A stretch of 64,000 nt of DNA from Lytechinus pictus (GCF_037042905.1 NC_087250.1:17672001-17736000); one strand, 5' to 3'. Shown: positions 36,906 through 49,400, numbered from the stretch's first letter. Numbers and translations are program-made. Notes: generated from the sequence alone by a model not told the origin.

Positions 36906-38666
36906 TATCAAGTAAACAATATATTTTTAGGATCGATGTGACGAAACAAAACCTATATACTCTCCCCTGCTTTTGTAACTTTCTTTTATCATTTGAAACT
37001 GTTTGTCATACCATAAGCACAAAGGAAATGCAAATTAGAAAAACATGAGGGCAAGTGGGCTATCATTTTGAATACTATAAGAGTCGATAAAAGCAGAAGG
37101 CGGTTTTTGTTTTCTATCTTCATAGGCCAAGCGCCTGACCTTGTTTTCTTATGTTATACTTCGGGTTTAACTTAAACTAATGTTTAAAGTTGTGGTTTAA
37201 GTATGGATAGCCAATTGTAACATAAATCACTAACAGTAGAGATATCATATTTCAGCTCATTTGGCTCTCAAATCATTCATAATTGCCTAGGAAGTATAAA
37301 CAGACGATTGTCTTCACCATCGATGAATCAGGAAAGAGCACAGTAAATATAAGAAACATACAAATTAATAAAAAAATTGACACTTTTGGCTTACCATAAT
37401 TTTAGCACAGAGTTAGACCATGGTCTAAGTTAAACCTGACTTCAGAATATACGGGCATAAGGCAACTATTTTGTATGTCAGATGTTATTTTATTTTATAT
37501 GCCAACGTCATCTGAATTTTAATATGTTATCCGTTATATCTTGGATGTTTTGTTATGTTTATTTTAATGAAGATGATCAATAAAACAAGAATAAAAAAAA
37601 TGATGATGTCAACGACGATTGTGATATGACGATGGGCAAGAATAATGACGATGATGGCATCAGCAAAGTCATGCCTGGCTTACATAAAAATGTATCAAGT
37701 CATGTCTTACATAAAATATGTTTTGTTTTCATATCGCGTACAATATCATGCACGACGTATCAAATTAGAGAGATGAGATTTGAACAAAATTTCTATTATG
37801 ACGTCTGATGGTACGTTTGGAATGTACCCCCTCATCGCTGCGCTGATATTATTATCATTACACGTTTGACATGGATCGAGATTAAAAGGGACTAACGCCC
37901 GTTCACTTGCACTTTTCATAGCTTCGGTATACCCCTTTTCTTATTTTGTTTGTTTCTGCTTGTCTGTCTATCTCTCTTTCCTTCTTTTTCTGTATTTTTA
38001 TTCGGAGTTGTCAGTCTAAACCACATATCTTTTGAATTCTTGCGTGAAAATGAATGTCTAAAAATAGGGTTAATAATTATATCAACGGAGGAAGTGAATA
38101 AAATTCACTAGATTAGAGCCGATTTCACTTGCGTGATTTTTCACCCAAATGAATATTCATGAAATGTTCGTACGGTTAGGTTTATCATCCTCAGTGGAGG
38201 AGGTACCACAGTAAATGCTGAATGTATTGTGATATTAAGTTGATGTGATGTTGTGCCGATTATGATGAATAAAATACCTCGTTTAGACAGAGGCTCAAAG
38301 AAAAAAATTTTTTCAATGGATTATGCAAATGCATGGCATGAATGTTACACTGTAAAAACGATGCTTACAATTTTTAGCACGTTGTTTAAGCCATATAACA
38401 ACTATTGTTTAAACTTTTTAAACGACTGTTCAGACTTTTAAACAACTGTTTTAACTTTTTAAACATGTTGTTTAAAAAGGTAGACAATCGCTAAAAAGAT
38501 TGAACAACTTGTTGTTAGAGAGACAGGCTTAAACAACGTGCTATTTTTTGTTACTGTATATATTTTCTTCATGTTTTGGTCCTCAACTTAATGATATCGT
38601 TGTGTTCTTTTCGTAATGCTTTCTTACTTTTGAATCGTTTTGTTTTTTATTTTGTTTTCTTCACAG

Positions 38667-38759
38667 CAATGCAAGAGGCTTACATGACACAGTTTACACA
38701 GTGCTACGTTGACAGCACAGAAGAAACGTTACTAAGAAAATTCTGCAACTCTGATTTTG
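38667..38759 (+). CDS. sFRP1/5: sFRP exon 2: linker and start of the NTR (netrin-like) domain
   Basis: Acceptor TTTTCTTCACAG|, donor G|GTGAGT; 93 nt, phase 1-1. Peptide (A)MQEAYMTQFTQCYVDSTEETLLRKFCNSDF corresponds to the sFRP C...LCASEF motif. Confidence 0.9.
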
Positions 38760-40910
38760 GTGAGTAATTTTATAAATTTAGTTAAAGACCAAACCCCTCT
38801 CCCTCCCCCAATCACAAAAGTTGGAGCAATATGAAAGTGAACCACAACACTGACGATTTCATCAAAATTGGACTTAAAAAGAAAATGTTTCAACGTTTCC
38901 CTTGTATTCCACCCCCATAACATGCACAGGACTGGCAGACTGGTTGTATGCAAATGAAGGAACTGATGATATAAGACACTTCCTTTCTTTAATGAAATAT
39001 GGAATATTTCAGTTTTTCCTCCGAATATACTTTGACTTCACGTTTAACATGTTGAACATGTGGAATCGTTGTTATAAGCTCAAAGCTTACCATAAGAGCT
39101 CCTTCGTCGTCGAATCCACAAAAATCGAAATATCATATAATCCATTCCGTAAAAATGCAAAAGAAATCTACATGTGGCATCATTCTACTCTCTCAATTGC
39201 ATGTACATGTATCAGCAATTGAAAACGAAATCGATATCCGTGTCAGAAATCTTTGAAATTTCTTAATTATGATGAAATAATGTGAAGGCAAGCAAACCGG
39301 TTGAAATGTAAAATTCCATCAAAACAAGTTGATTAACATTAGAAGTCAATCAAATCCACCCCAGCAAAATGTCGATTTGAGGAAATTTTGAAAAATCAAT
39401 ATCGGATGTAAATTCATGAAATTGTCACAATTTAAACTTTCGCTACATCTCATAAAACAATGAAAAATTCGGGTGATTTTCTTCTTTCATGCTAAAATCA
39501 TGGAGCTACTGGCTCCATGCTAAGATTTTCTGGAAAGGATTTTTTTTTGCTGAACTGCGAGTTTGGAATGCAGACGAAGACTTGTCATCCCGATTTCAAC
39601 CCTAAACCAGTTCTTTCTGTCGGCATAACTGACATTGTGTTTTACCACCTCGAACCCAATGCTTATTATCATAGTAAACACGATCCACGCTCTGGCATTT
39701 CACAATCACAACAAAAATCATTGCCATGGAGATTTAAGGCCCCATTTGAGGGGATTTATTCGTAAAAACATCCAATTATCGGCCAAAATGACTGACCTAT
39801 TTTTGAGCGATGTGTGCTTAGCTTCTACCGCGGTGTCGTTTGGGGATGATGAATTGTCTTTGTGTGCGACTGAGACCGACTCGGAAAACCCATTTAACTT
39901 TTACTCATGTAAATAAACAATTTTGAAGTTATAGGAATCCTTGGTTGTTAGCGCTGATGTGATCATCATGATGAATATGAAACGAGATTGTCATGCTTTG
40001 CTTACTAGAAATGTAAGGTTGGGTTTTTGGAAGAAGGGAAGCCGGAGCATGTAAATTGGAAAGTGGTATAATTCTATTCATTTTTAATATCTAGTTATTA
40101 AATAAATATAAATTCTTTTAATCTGTTTAAGTGCCCCTCTGAGTATGATAAGGATGAGGGACCAGTCGTTTTTACTTACTACTTTTCTTCCTCGTTTTCT
40201 CTTTTTCTCGCACTAATTGTAAATCGGGGGAGGGGGGGGGGGGTCCCATTCCCCTCTTGTTCTGCCCCTAGATCATAGGCGATTTTTCTTTTCCTTCTTG
40301 TTTTAACTCCATTCCCAATTTCCATGTTGGGTAGGTCTTCATAATGACAATCATAACAATAATGATTATTCCCAATAAAACGATATCTTGATTTTATAAT
40401 CTTTGTGTCATAAAACTGACACCAATTCGATCGACGGACGGGTGCATCGTCGTGAATATGTAATAGGTTTTCCGTATTGCCGTCTTTTGGCAGGTGCACG
40501 CTCTTTCAACGCGGCGTGCGTCTTGAACTGGACTAGCCCCCTCTCTCGACAGGAACAACACATTTTTTTTTTTGGTTTACCAGCTGATAAGTCAACTGTT
40601 TCCAAATTGATTAATCTCCTAATTATTTTTAATCGAAATTGAGTTTTTTTTCATTGGATGCCACACCATTTCGAATCAAATTCACTGGAATCTAAGTCAC
40701 TTTAACTCGGAGTCGATTTGACTCCCAGTTGGTACCATACCGTGTTAAATTTGACTCCGTGGAAATAAAAGTGTATGCAATGACCATACTAAACATATTT
40801 ATACAATCTGAACTCCCTGGTCAATAAGTAGATTCCTCAACACAATACAAAGTCATGATTATTTTATGAAATAACAAAACAATTCTCTGTTTTTCTCTCA
40901 CCCCGCTCAG

Positions 40911-41524
40911 TTCTGAAGTTGAAGATAAAAACGATTCGTGACTCCAAAGATGGTAAAAAGTACATCGGCGATACCAACCCTGAAAAACTCGACATCCTTA
41001 AGCAAGGTTCCCTCAAGTCGAAAGATCTTCAAAAGCTTATCTTCTACGTCCGCGAGGGCGCCAACTGCCAATGTGACATGCTAGAACGCAGTGGGAACTA
41101 CCTTCTCGTCATGGGCGTCAGGGACAGCAGAAAGAACCGGAAGTTGTTCATGACCTTCGTCCACAGCTGGGTGAAGACGCGCGACTTCCGGCGCGCGATC
41201 AAGGGGTTTGAAGACCCGGGCATGTGCGAGAGCCTGGAGACGGCGACGGAGGGTCGACCGGAGGAGGTCGCCCCACAGGACACAGAGCCGCAGGAAATTA
41301 CCCCTTCCGATGATGCTATGCTGGTTGGTCAGACCAATACTCCGGTCAACGATGGCGTACCTACAACACACCAGATCATGGCGGATGAGACGCCCTCTCC
41401 GGCCAAGACCAACACGAGGCGGGAGAGGAAACAAAGGAGACGCCCTCGCGATCGTCAACGGAAAAACCGCGACAGGGAAAACCGGGAAATACCTGTTAGG
41501 AGAGCTCGGTCTAAATGGGATTAA
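40911..41524 (+). CDS. sFRP1/5: sFRP exon 3: remainder of the NTR domain and C-terminal tail
   Basis: Acceptor TTTTCTCTCACCCCGCTCAG|, phase 1. Peptide (V)LKLKIKTI...ILKQGSLKSKDLQKL...GANCQCDML...YLLVMG...LFMTFVHSW...FRRAIK...C matches the sFRP NTR. Stop TAA at 41522-41524. Confidence 0.93.
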
Positions 41525-43889
41525 AGGTCAAAGGTCACATCCTGAACATTTGTGGACTCTGTTAGGTCCGTCCTTTCAAAGATAATGTGTACCCTTCTAT
41601 CATGAAAACGAGGAATGGAGCGTGAACGAAACTAAAGAATATTGATCTTGAACCATTGGGTGTGCATGGGCACATTTTTATTCAGTCCCATACTATACCA
41701 GTCTACATCCCTTTTATATCTAGGCAAAATTAAATGTTCATCTGTTACACGTCCTACAAATCTTAGCCACTTCACAGCTCTCTTAGACAAATGTGAAGTG
41801 TTTATAAATTCCATTTAAGTGATCTAAGTGATGATTCATCATTGTGTATCATACGAATAGACGGTACGACTTCGTTAGGTATTGTGTGTGAAAAAAAGGT
41901 AAAAAATTAACTTGGTTATTGTGTGCTATGCTTATAGGTGTTGTAACGAGTACACACAAAACTAATGAACATGATCAACGCTCTTTGTTCATGTATATCG
42001 TTCCATCAAGTAACGTTTTAAAGAGGCTTATGAAATTTGTGGACCTCTTGTCAGTTTCTTGGTACCTTTTGAAGAATTGTTACACTGTTAAAATAATGGC
42101 GAGACTTGTCGACAAGCATTATTTATTGCTATGTCAGATTAAGCTCAGACAATCTCGCAGTTAATGTAAAACTGTTCCTTTGTAATAATACACTTGATAT
42201 GATATTTGCTGGTCTATTCTACCATATTATCTGGGGTTTTTTGGTGAATAAACAACACGTAGTATAGATCACAAAAAAATCTAACAGTTTCAAAATGGAA
42301 ATTGGATAATCGTTACCCGATAAATATGTCGTTTCCTCTTCACCAAGTAAGCATCAAAGGATCAAACGGCACACGAGCATAATAACATAATACTCGTGAG
42401 TTGTAGGGCCACTAAACAGTGTCCACTTGCGAGGAACACGAATTTGTATGAAGCCCGTAGACCCGGGATCGTGTTCACGGAATATCGGGCGTTTTGGTCT
42501 TGAGCCTCGTATGTAGCTGTAAGACCGTTGGGAAGTTTGACTCGTGGTGTGCCGAATGACTCGTGGGCCGAACGACACTTGGACTGCATAACTCGTAGGC
42601 TATTTAGGTCGTGGAGAGTGAGACTTCTACAAAGAAAGATCCTTAGCTGTTTGACTCGGGTCTTGCTCGTGGATTCCTACTTCGCGAGTTGAACAACTCG
42701 TGGTTCACTCGTGGACTGCCTTACTCGTGGGCGTCTAGTTCGTGAATCGTGTGACTCGTGAACTGAACGAATTTTTTGCTGAATGGTTCTTGGACTACAA
42801 TCATGAATCAGAGGCTCGTTGAGAATAGGACCTCAAGATTGTGAGTCTATGAGCTTCATGAATTTTTTTTTGCTCGTGGGTCGCTAACTCATAAGCTATG
42901 TGACTCGTGGACTGTATGACTTGCGGGTGTGTTAATCGTCTAAAAGTAGTGAGGTTCAGGTATTTGGTGGTATATTTGCCGCCCAGAAACACGCACTCCG
43001 ACTTGTCGCCTGTAGTGCCTCAACCAAATGTCCAAGACTTGTGACCAAAATAATGATCGAATTTTTTTCACAATGGCCACACAGTCATAAGTGTTTTAGT
43101 ATAATATTGCTCTATCTTCGCATACAAGTAACTTCAGATATGGACATTATTCGTTCAATCAGTGGAATACAAATTTTCAACGATTTGTGTTTTCAATTTT
43201 TTTTCTCGATGGTTTTGTTTACATTTATTCATGTACGAACGTTAACAAACAAATAATTCTCACCTATAGTTTGTCGATCTTTAAACATGCTGAACTAGCT
43301 ATAAACTAGAGAAAATATTGTACTCGTGTCTTTAAAACAAAGTTCATTGTATTAGAAGTGGCAAACTTGTGTATGTATCTTTATGCTTTTATTATTGTAT
43401 ATATAAATAAAATGGCCGCCGTGATTTCAGCGTAAAACTATTATGCAAATAAATGTGCAGTTTGACTGCGCGCCTTGGTTAGTGCGTTATGTTTGTATTG
43501 TTATTAAATGTTTTGATACATAACGTTGTTTTTCCCTGGACCAAAATGACATTTAAATGATTATTTGAATTCCAACGATCCGGTTTGATTAATTAGGGTG
43601 ATGTTTTCTTACAAAGATCTAAAAAGACATAGGAGTTGTTTACAGTCGTGTTTAAGTGCCAGCGCGCAGATGTTATATAACGCGCAATCTCATTGGTTGG
43701 TGTGCGGTAGCGCGCGTCCTCTTTGAATTATTCTGACCAATGCGATGATGCGTTATGTGCGGCATGCAACGGAGAATTAAGTTGCGATTTATTGCCACAT
43801 TTCATTCTTTGTGAAACACCGTAAGGATACTGTTCCAAAAAATCTCGTAATCAATGTCAAGTTATAAGCTAAGTAACAATGCACCTCAG

Positions 43890-44034
43890 GGGCCCGTTGC
43901 AGAAAGAGTTGCAATCAATCGCAACTCTAAAAATCATGCGCAACTTGATTTTCAACCAATCAACAGCGCGCATTTGGGACTTGCGATTGATTTTCTGACT
44001 TGCGTTTAAAAGCAACTCTTTCTGCAACGGACCC
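43890..44034. mobile_element. PIF/Harbinger-like MITE
   Basis: CAG|GGGCCCGTTGCAGAAAGAGTTGC...GCAACTCTTTCTGCAACGGACCC|CTG. Confidence 0.85.
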
Positions 44035-44649
44035 CTGCTTGGGTAATCCATCAGTTACACATGTGAAACCGACTCCAAAGCTATTACTTGTATTTCCAAT
44101 CACATACCATTTTCGAAATGGGGTCGGTTTGATTGGTGTTACTGTAGCATAAAATATAGTTTTGCATGTTCTATAAATAGCTACATTATTCAAACAACAT
44201 AAACAGGCTCAAATAGTCGATATCGACGGAGGAGCCCTATTTAAACATCCATCCATCCAACATAAACTTCAATATCCGCCATTTTGAAGACTGTGTATTG
44301 TATTCTCTAAGTGTACTTTGTAGTAATGGTTTGTTCTTGCGCACAAATAAAGATTTCAATGTAACATACAATGATGGAGGTTTTTCTAACATCAAAATAA
44401 TGACACATTAAAAAAAAAAAAATTCAAAGTAGGTGCTACTCTGTTAATGTTATTTTGTTTGGACGCGCATGCCTTCAAATTCTGTTTTTTGGGAAATAAA
44501 TGAATTTCATGCGTCCGTGGCTTTGAGTGTTCAAATAGACGGTTGGTTTGCATATAGAAATTGGTTCTTAATCTATTCCTTCACTCATATATTCAATGGT
44601 GGAATTTCATGGATGATCATTGAAAGCGATTTGAATGGAAGGTTTTTAA

Positions 44650-44910
44650 GGATTGTGGCTCGCTGGATTTGCCTCTGGACTTTGAATCGCAAGGTTTGGG
44701 GTTCAAATCCAACCGCAGCACCTACGTCGTTTGGCAAGGCGTTTATCTACATTTGCCACTCTCCATTCAGGTGTAGTAAATGGGTACCCGGTAGGAAGAA
44801 ATTCCTTGAATGCTCAATGCGCCTGATTAGGATAGCCGTGCTAAAGCCGGGGTAATAGTATCTAGCGCTTAGAAACATTTGTATTAAGTGCTACATTACA
44901 CATTATTATC
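44650..44910 (+). mobile_element. tRNA-derived SINE
   Basis: Degenerate A box, B box GGTTCAAATCC, core AATGGGTACCCGG, tail GCGCTTAGAAAC...TAAGTGCTA. Confidence 0.75.
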
Positions 44911-45239
44911 ACAATTGATTTTAAAATATTCATGTAGGCTATGGCAAGCGGGAAATGACTCCAATACATAAACCAAAGGCTTAGTTTACTATTTTCTGTA
45001 GATATATAAACCCTGAATAATTATAGCGAAAATATGGCTAATTGCGCTATATCGACATTTTTTCTTGATTCGTTTCTTTTTTCTACCGTTACATTTTTTT
45101 CCCCGGGGGCAGGGGTCTTTAATTTCTAGCTGCGATATTGCGTGTTTTGTTTAGGATACATAGATGTAAATAGTTACACTTATTATACCTAATAAAATAA
45201 TCATAAAATAACATTGTTTGAGCTTGTGCAATTACTATG

Positions 45240-45915
45240 TTGTTGATGATTGTATTGATGGAGAAAGGAGGGATGTTTTGATGGATGGAGGGATAGACGG
45301 ATGGATGGATGTATTAGTGATGAATGGCTGAATAGATCGATGGATGGATGAAATGTTAATTGAGAGATGGATAAATGAATGGATGTATGCACTAATGAAC
45401 GTGTGGATGGAGCGATGGATGGATGAATTGATGAATGAATAGATGAATTGGTGGATTGATGAAGTGTTGAGGGATGGATGGATGAATAAATGGATGTATG
45501 GAGTAATGAACGTGTGGAGGGAGTGGTGGATGGATGGATGGATGAATGAATTGATGTATTGATGAATGAATAGATGGATTGGTGGATGCATGAAGTGTTG
45601 AGGGAAGGATGGATGTCTTGGAGAATGGATGGGTTGGTGGATGGATGAATGAATTGATGTATTGATGAATGAATCGATGAATTGGTAGATGGATGAAGTG
45701 TTGAGGGATGGATGGATTGATGAATAAATGGATGGATGTATGGAATAATGGACGTGTGGAAGGAGTGGTGCATGGATGGATAAAGTGTTAAGGGAAGGAT
45801 GGATGTCTTGGAGAATGGATGGGTTGGTGGATGGATTAATGAATTGATGTTTTGATGAATGAATCGATGGATTGACGGATGCATGAAGTGTTGAGGGAGG
45901 GATGGATGAATAAGT
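45240..45915. repeat. (GATG/GAAT)n complex microsatellite with higher-order duplications
   Basis: Recurring blocks GAAGTGTTGAGGGA and GGATGTCTTGGAGAATGGATGGGTTGG. Confidence 0.9.
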
Positions 45916-46430
45916 TATTATTATTATCATTATGTGACCCAGATTGGATTTCCCTTCAAAATCCCTTCATATTATGGTAACTGGAAAATCGGTAAATTTA
46001 GCGAAATGTACAAAGAACATTATATTTTTGCGATATCTAGAATAGAGGGAGGCACGTTTTCCCGATCGTCTGCGGAAATGTGAGAAGGTCCTCGGTTTCA
46101 AAGGGGAGGGGGGGGGGGGGCACACTTGTGTAAAATTTGTGTACAAATTTTGATTGTAGCTCTCAAAAGGTATCCGCTACTGATCAAGAATCATGTATGG
46201 TCTGAAGTATACGGTTGATCACATACGACATCAGTAGTAAATCTCACGATTTTCGTTATAACCTTGACAATTTTAATCGTGAAATTTGCGATGTTCGGTG
46301 CAAACTTTGCAATTTTTATTCACGAATGTCACATATACAGAACAAGAAGTAGAATGTTTAGTCCACTGCGCGTGCGCAAAGTGAATGGCGACATTGTATG
46401 CCGTGCAGCGTGCGCTAAATCACTTGTTAG

Positions 46431-49400
46431 CTATGAGGCGCCGAATGTACCAATATTATATAGAACAATTATTTGTTATATAATCATTATTTATTAAATA
46501 ATAACTATTATTTATATATAATTTACATTTTATTTGTAAATAACTACTATTATATAAAATATCATTTCTAATTATTTATATATAATTCCAAGTAATACTT
46601 CATTATTTGTAAATAATAATAGTTCGACATTCCATTATTTATAAATAATGATTATTTGTTTTTCATTATTTATAAATAATGATTATTTGTTTTTCATTAT
46701 TTATAAATAATGATAATTGGTTTTTCATTATTTACAAATAATGATTATTTGTTTTTCATTATTTATAAATAATGATTATTTGTTTTTCATTATTTATAAA
46801 TAATGATTATTTGTTTTTCATTATTTACAAATAATGATTATTTGTTTTTCATTATTTATAAATAATGATTATTTGTTTTTCATTATTTATAAATAATGAT
46901 AATTGGTTTTTCATTATTTATAAATAATGATTATTTGTTTTTCATTATTTACAAATAATGATTATTTGTTTTTCATTATTTATAAATAATGATTATTTGT
47001 TTTTCATTATTTATAAATAATTTGTTGAGTTTTCCATTATTTATAAATAATGATTATTTGTTAAATAATGAAAACGTCTACTTCATTATTTATAAATAAT
47101 TTTTTCGAGTGCACCATTATTCTCATTATTTATAAATAATCATTATTTAATGTTCGAGTTTTCCATTATTTATAAATAAAGATTATTTGTTAAATAATGA
47201 AATATCTACTTCATTATTTATAAATAATAATTTTGTTTCAATATCCCATTAATCATTATTTATAAACAATTTTTACAGTTTGCCATTATATACAAATAAT
47301 CATTATTTATATACAAATAACCATTATTTATTAAATAATGCCATTATTTATTAAATAATGTCATTATTTATTAAATAATGCCATTATTTATTAAATAATG
47401 GAAAACTCGCTATAACATGCAAATGTGGGACCGCCCATGATATGAATATTCATGATGCGATTTCCTTTTTCGTGATTTTTCTTCACAAATTTTTGTCCAT
47501 TTCCTCTTCATAATGACATTTCTTGAAGCAATTTTCTAGGGATATGGTCTGATTGTAATATTCTTCATTTTCTATATAACTTCGTCTTCGTAGAAATATC
47601 AAAAAGTGTAATTTTATACGATTTTTCCTACAGTTCACAATCCCCATAGGCGCGCGTGTACGGTAGGGACAACCGGTGAATCGACGGAGTGCTCTTCATC
47701 GAAATACTACGTTGGTTGGTCCCCGGAAGTGGCGGGCGGAATTTAGCCCGAATCTTAGATGGAAGTCGATCAAGTGCATATGAGCTGAGAGAGTGAAATA
47801 TCAGTGTACTTGTACAGGCCCTTCTACTTTTTATAAATATTTCTTGTTGCTTTTTTTGTTAAGTTAATTTTTCCTGGTGTAGAGATAAGTTTCAGTTCTA
47901 ATAATGCACTTCAAATACATTTTGGAGTGTCTGTTTGAGGCGTTTGGGGCGATTTCACCCTGGCCCCAAAATGCTCGCAACGACAATACGGGGGCATGAT
48001 GACCCCTAAATTTTTAAAAACTTATTTTTCTATTGAAAATTATCACAAAATTCACCAAAAGTGTGCACGAAAGCCTTCGTATTTCACTTTTAAAACTCCA
48101 AAAAGTGCCCAAATGACAAGCTTGGTCGCTTCGCTGTGTCGTTTTCAACTTGAGAAAGTTTACGCGTCTGCTTCCCCCCCCCCCCCTCCTCCGAAAGAAA
48201 TTATGTATACGGCCATGCTCTAAAGAGCCTGGCACATTGATTTATGTATACTTCATTTTCATTATTTTTATCTCATTATCATCATGGCCTTACGCATAAT
48301 TTTTTCCGGGGGGGGGGGTGGGGGGAGCAGGACGCGCGTAAACTTTCTCATAAAAATCTTGAAAAAGCGAAGCGACCAAGCTTGTCATTTGAGCTTGGTC
48401 GCGTCGCTGTCTCGCTTTCAAGATTTTTTTGAGAAACTTTACGCGCGTCCTAGCTGCTCCCCCCCCCCCCGGTAAAAATTCTGTGTAAGGCCATGATGAT
48501 AATGAGATAAAAATAATGAAAATGAAGTAAACATAAATCAATGTGCCAGGCTCTTTAGAGCATGGCCGTATACATAATTTCTTTCGGAGGAGGGGGGGGA
48601 AGCAGACGCGTAAACTTTCTCAAGTTGAAAGCGACACAGCGAAGCGACCAAGCTTGTCATTTGGGCACTTTTTGGAGTTTTAAAAGTGAAATACGAAGGC
48701 TTTCGTGCACACTTTTGGTGAATTTTGTGATAATTTTCAATAGAAAAATAAGTTTTTAAAAATTTAGGGGTCATCATATCATGCCCCCGTATTGTCGTTG
48801 CGAGCATTTTGGGGCCAGGGTGAAATCGCCCCAAACGCCTCAAACAGACACTCCAAAATGTATTTGAAGTGCATTATTAGAACTGAAACTTATCTCTACA
48901 CCAGGAAAAATTAACTTAACAAAAAAAGCAACAAGAAATATTTATAAAAAGTAGAAGGGCCTGTACAAGTACACTGATATTTCACTCTCTCAGCTCATAT
49001 GCACTTGATCGACTTCCATCGAGGATTCGGGCTAAATTCCGCCCGCCACTTCCGGGGACCAACCAACGTAGTATTTCGATGAAGAGCACTCCGTCGATTC
49101 ACCGGTTGTCCCTACCGTACACGCGCGCCTATGGGGATTGTGAACTGTAGGAAAAATCGTATAAAATTACACTTTTTGATATTTCTACGAAGACGAAGTT
49201 ATATAGAAAATGAAGAATATTACAATCAGACCATATCCCTAGAAAATTGCTTCAAGAAATGTCATTATGAAGAGGAAATGGACAAAAATTTGTGAAGAAA
49301 AATCACGAAAAAGGAAATCGCATCATGAATATTCATATCATGGGCGGTCCCACATTTGCATGTTATAGCGAGTTTTCCATTATTTAATAAATAATGGCAT

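Noticed and set aside
41081..41585. Alternative-frame and antisense ORFs over exon 3
   Set aside because: Shadow ORFs of coding sequence
42247..44500. Assignment of the sFRP polyadenylation site
   Set aside because: Several AATAAA candidates (about 42247, 43405, 43448, 44346 and 44495) cannot be distinguished without 3'-end data
45201..45930. 227-aa and 231-aa ORFs
   Set aside because: Translations of a simple repeat
47996..48843. Duplicated 75-101 aa ORFs as a possible gene pair or transposase
   Set aside because: A by-product of the inverted repeat; no domain motifs, and they run into poly-C tracts
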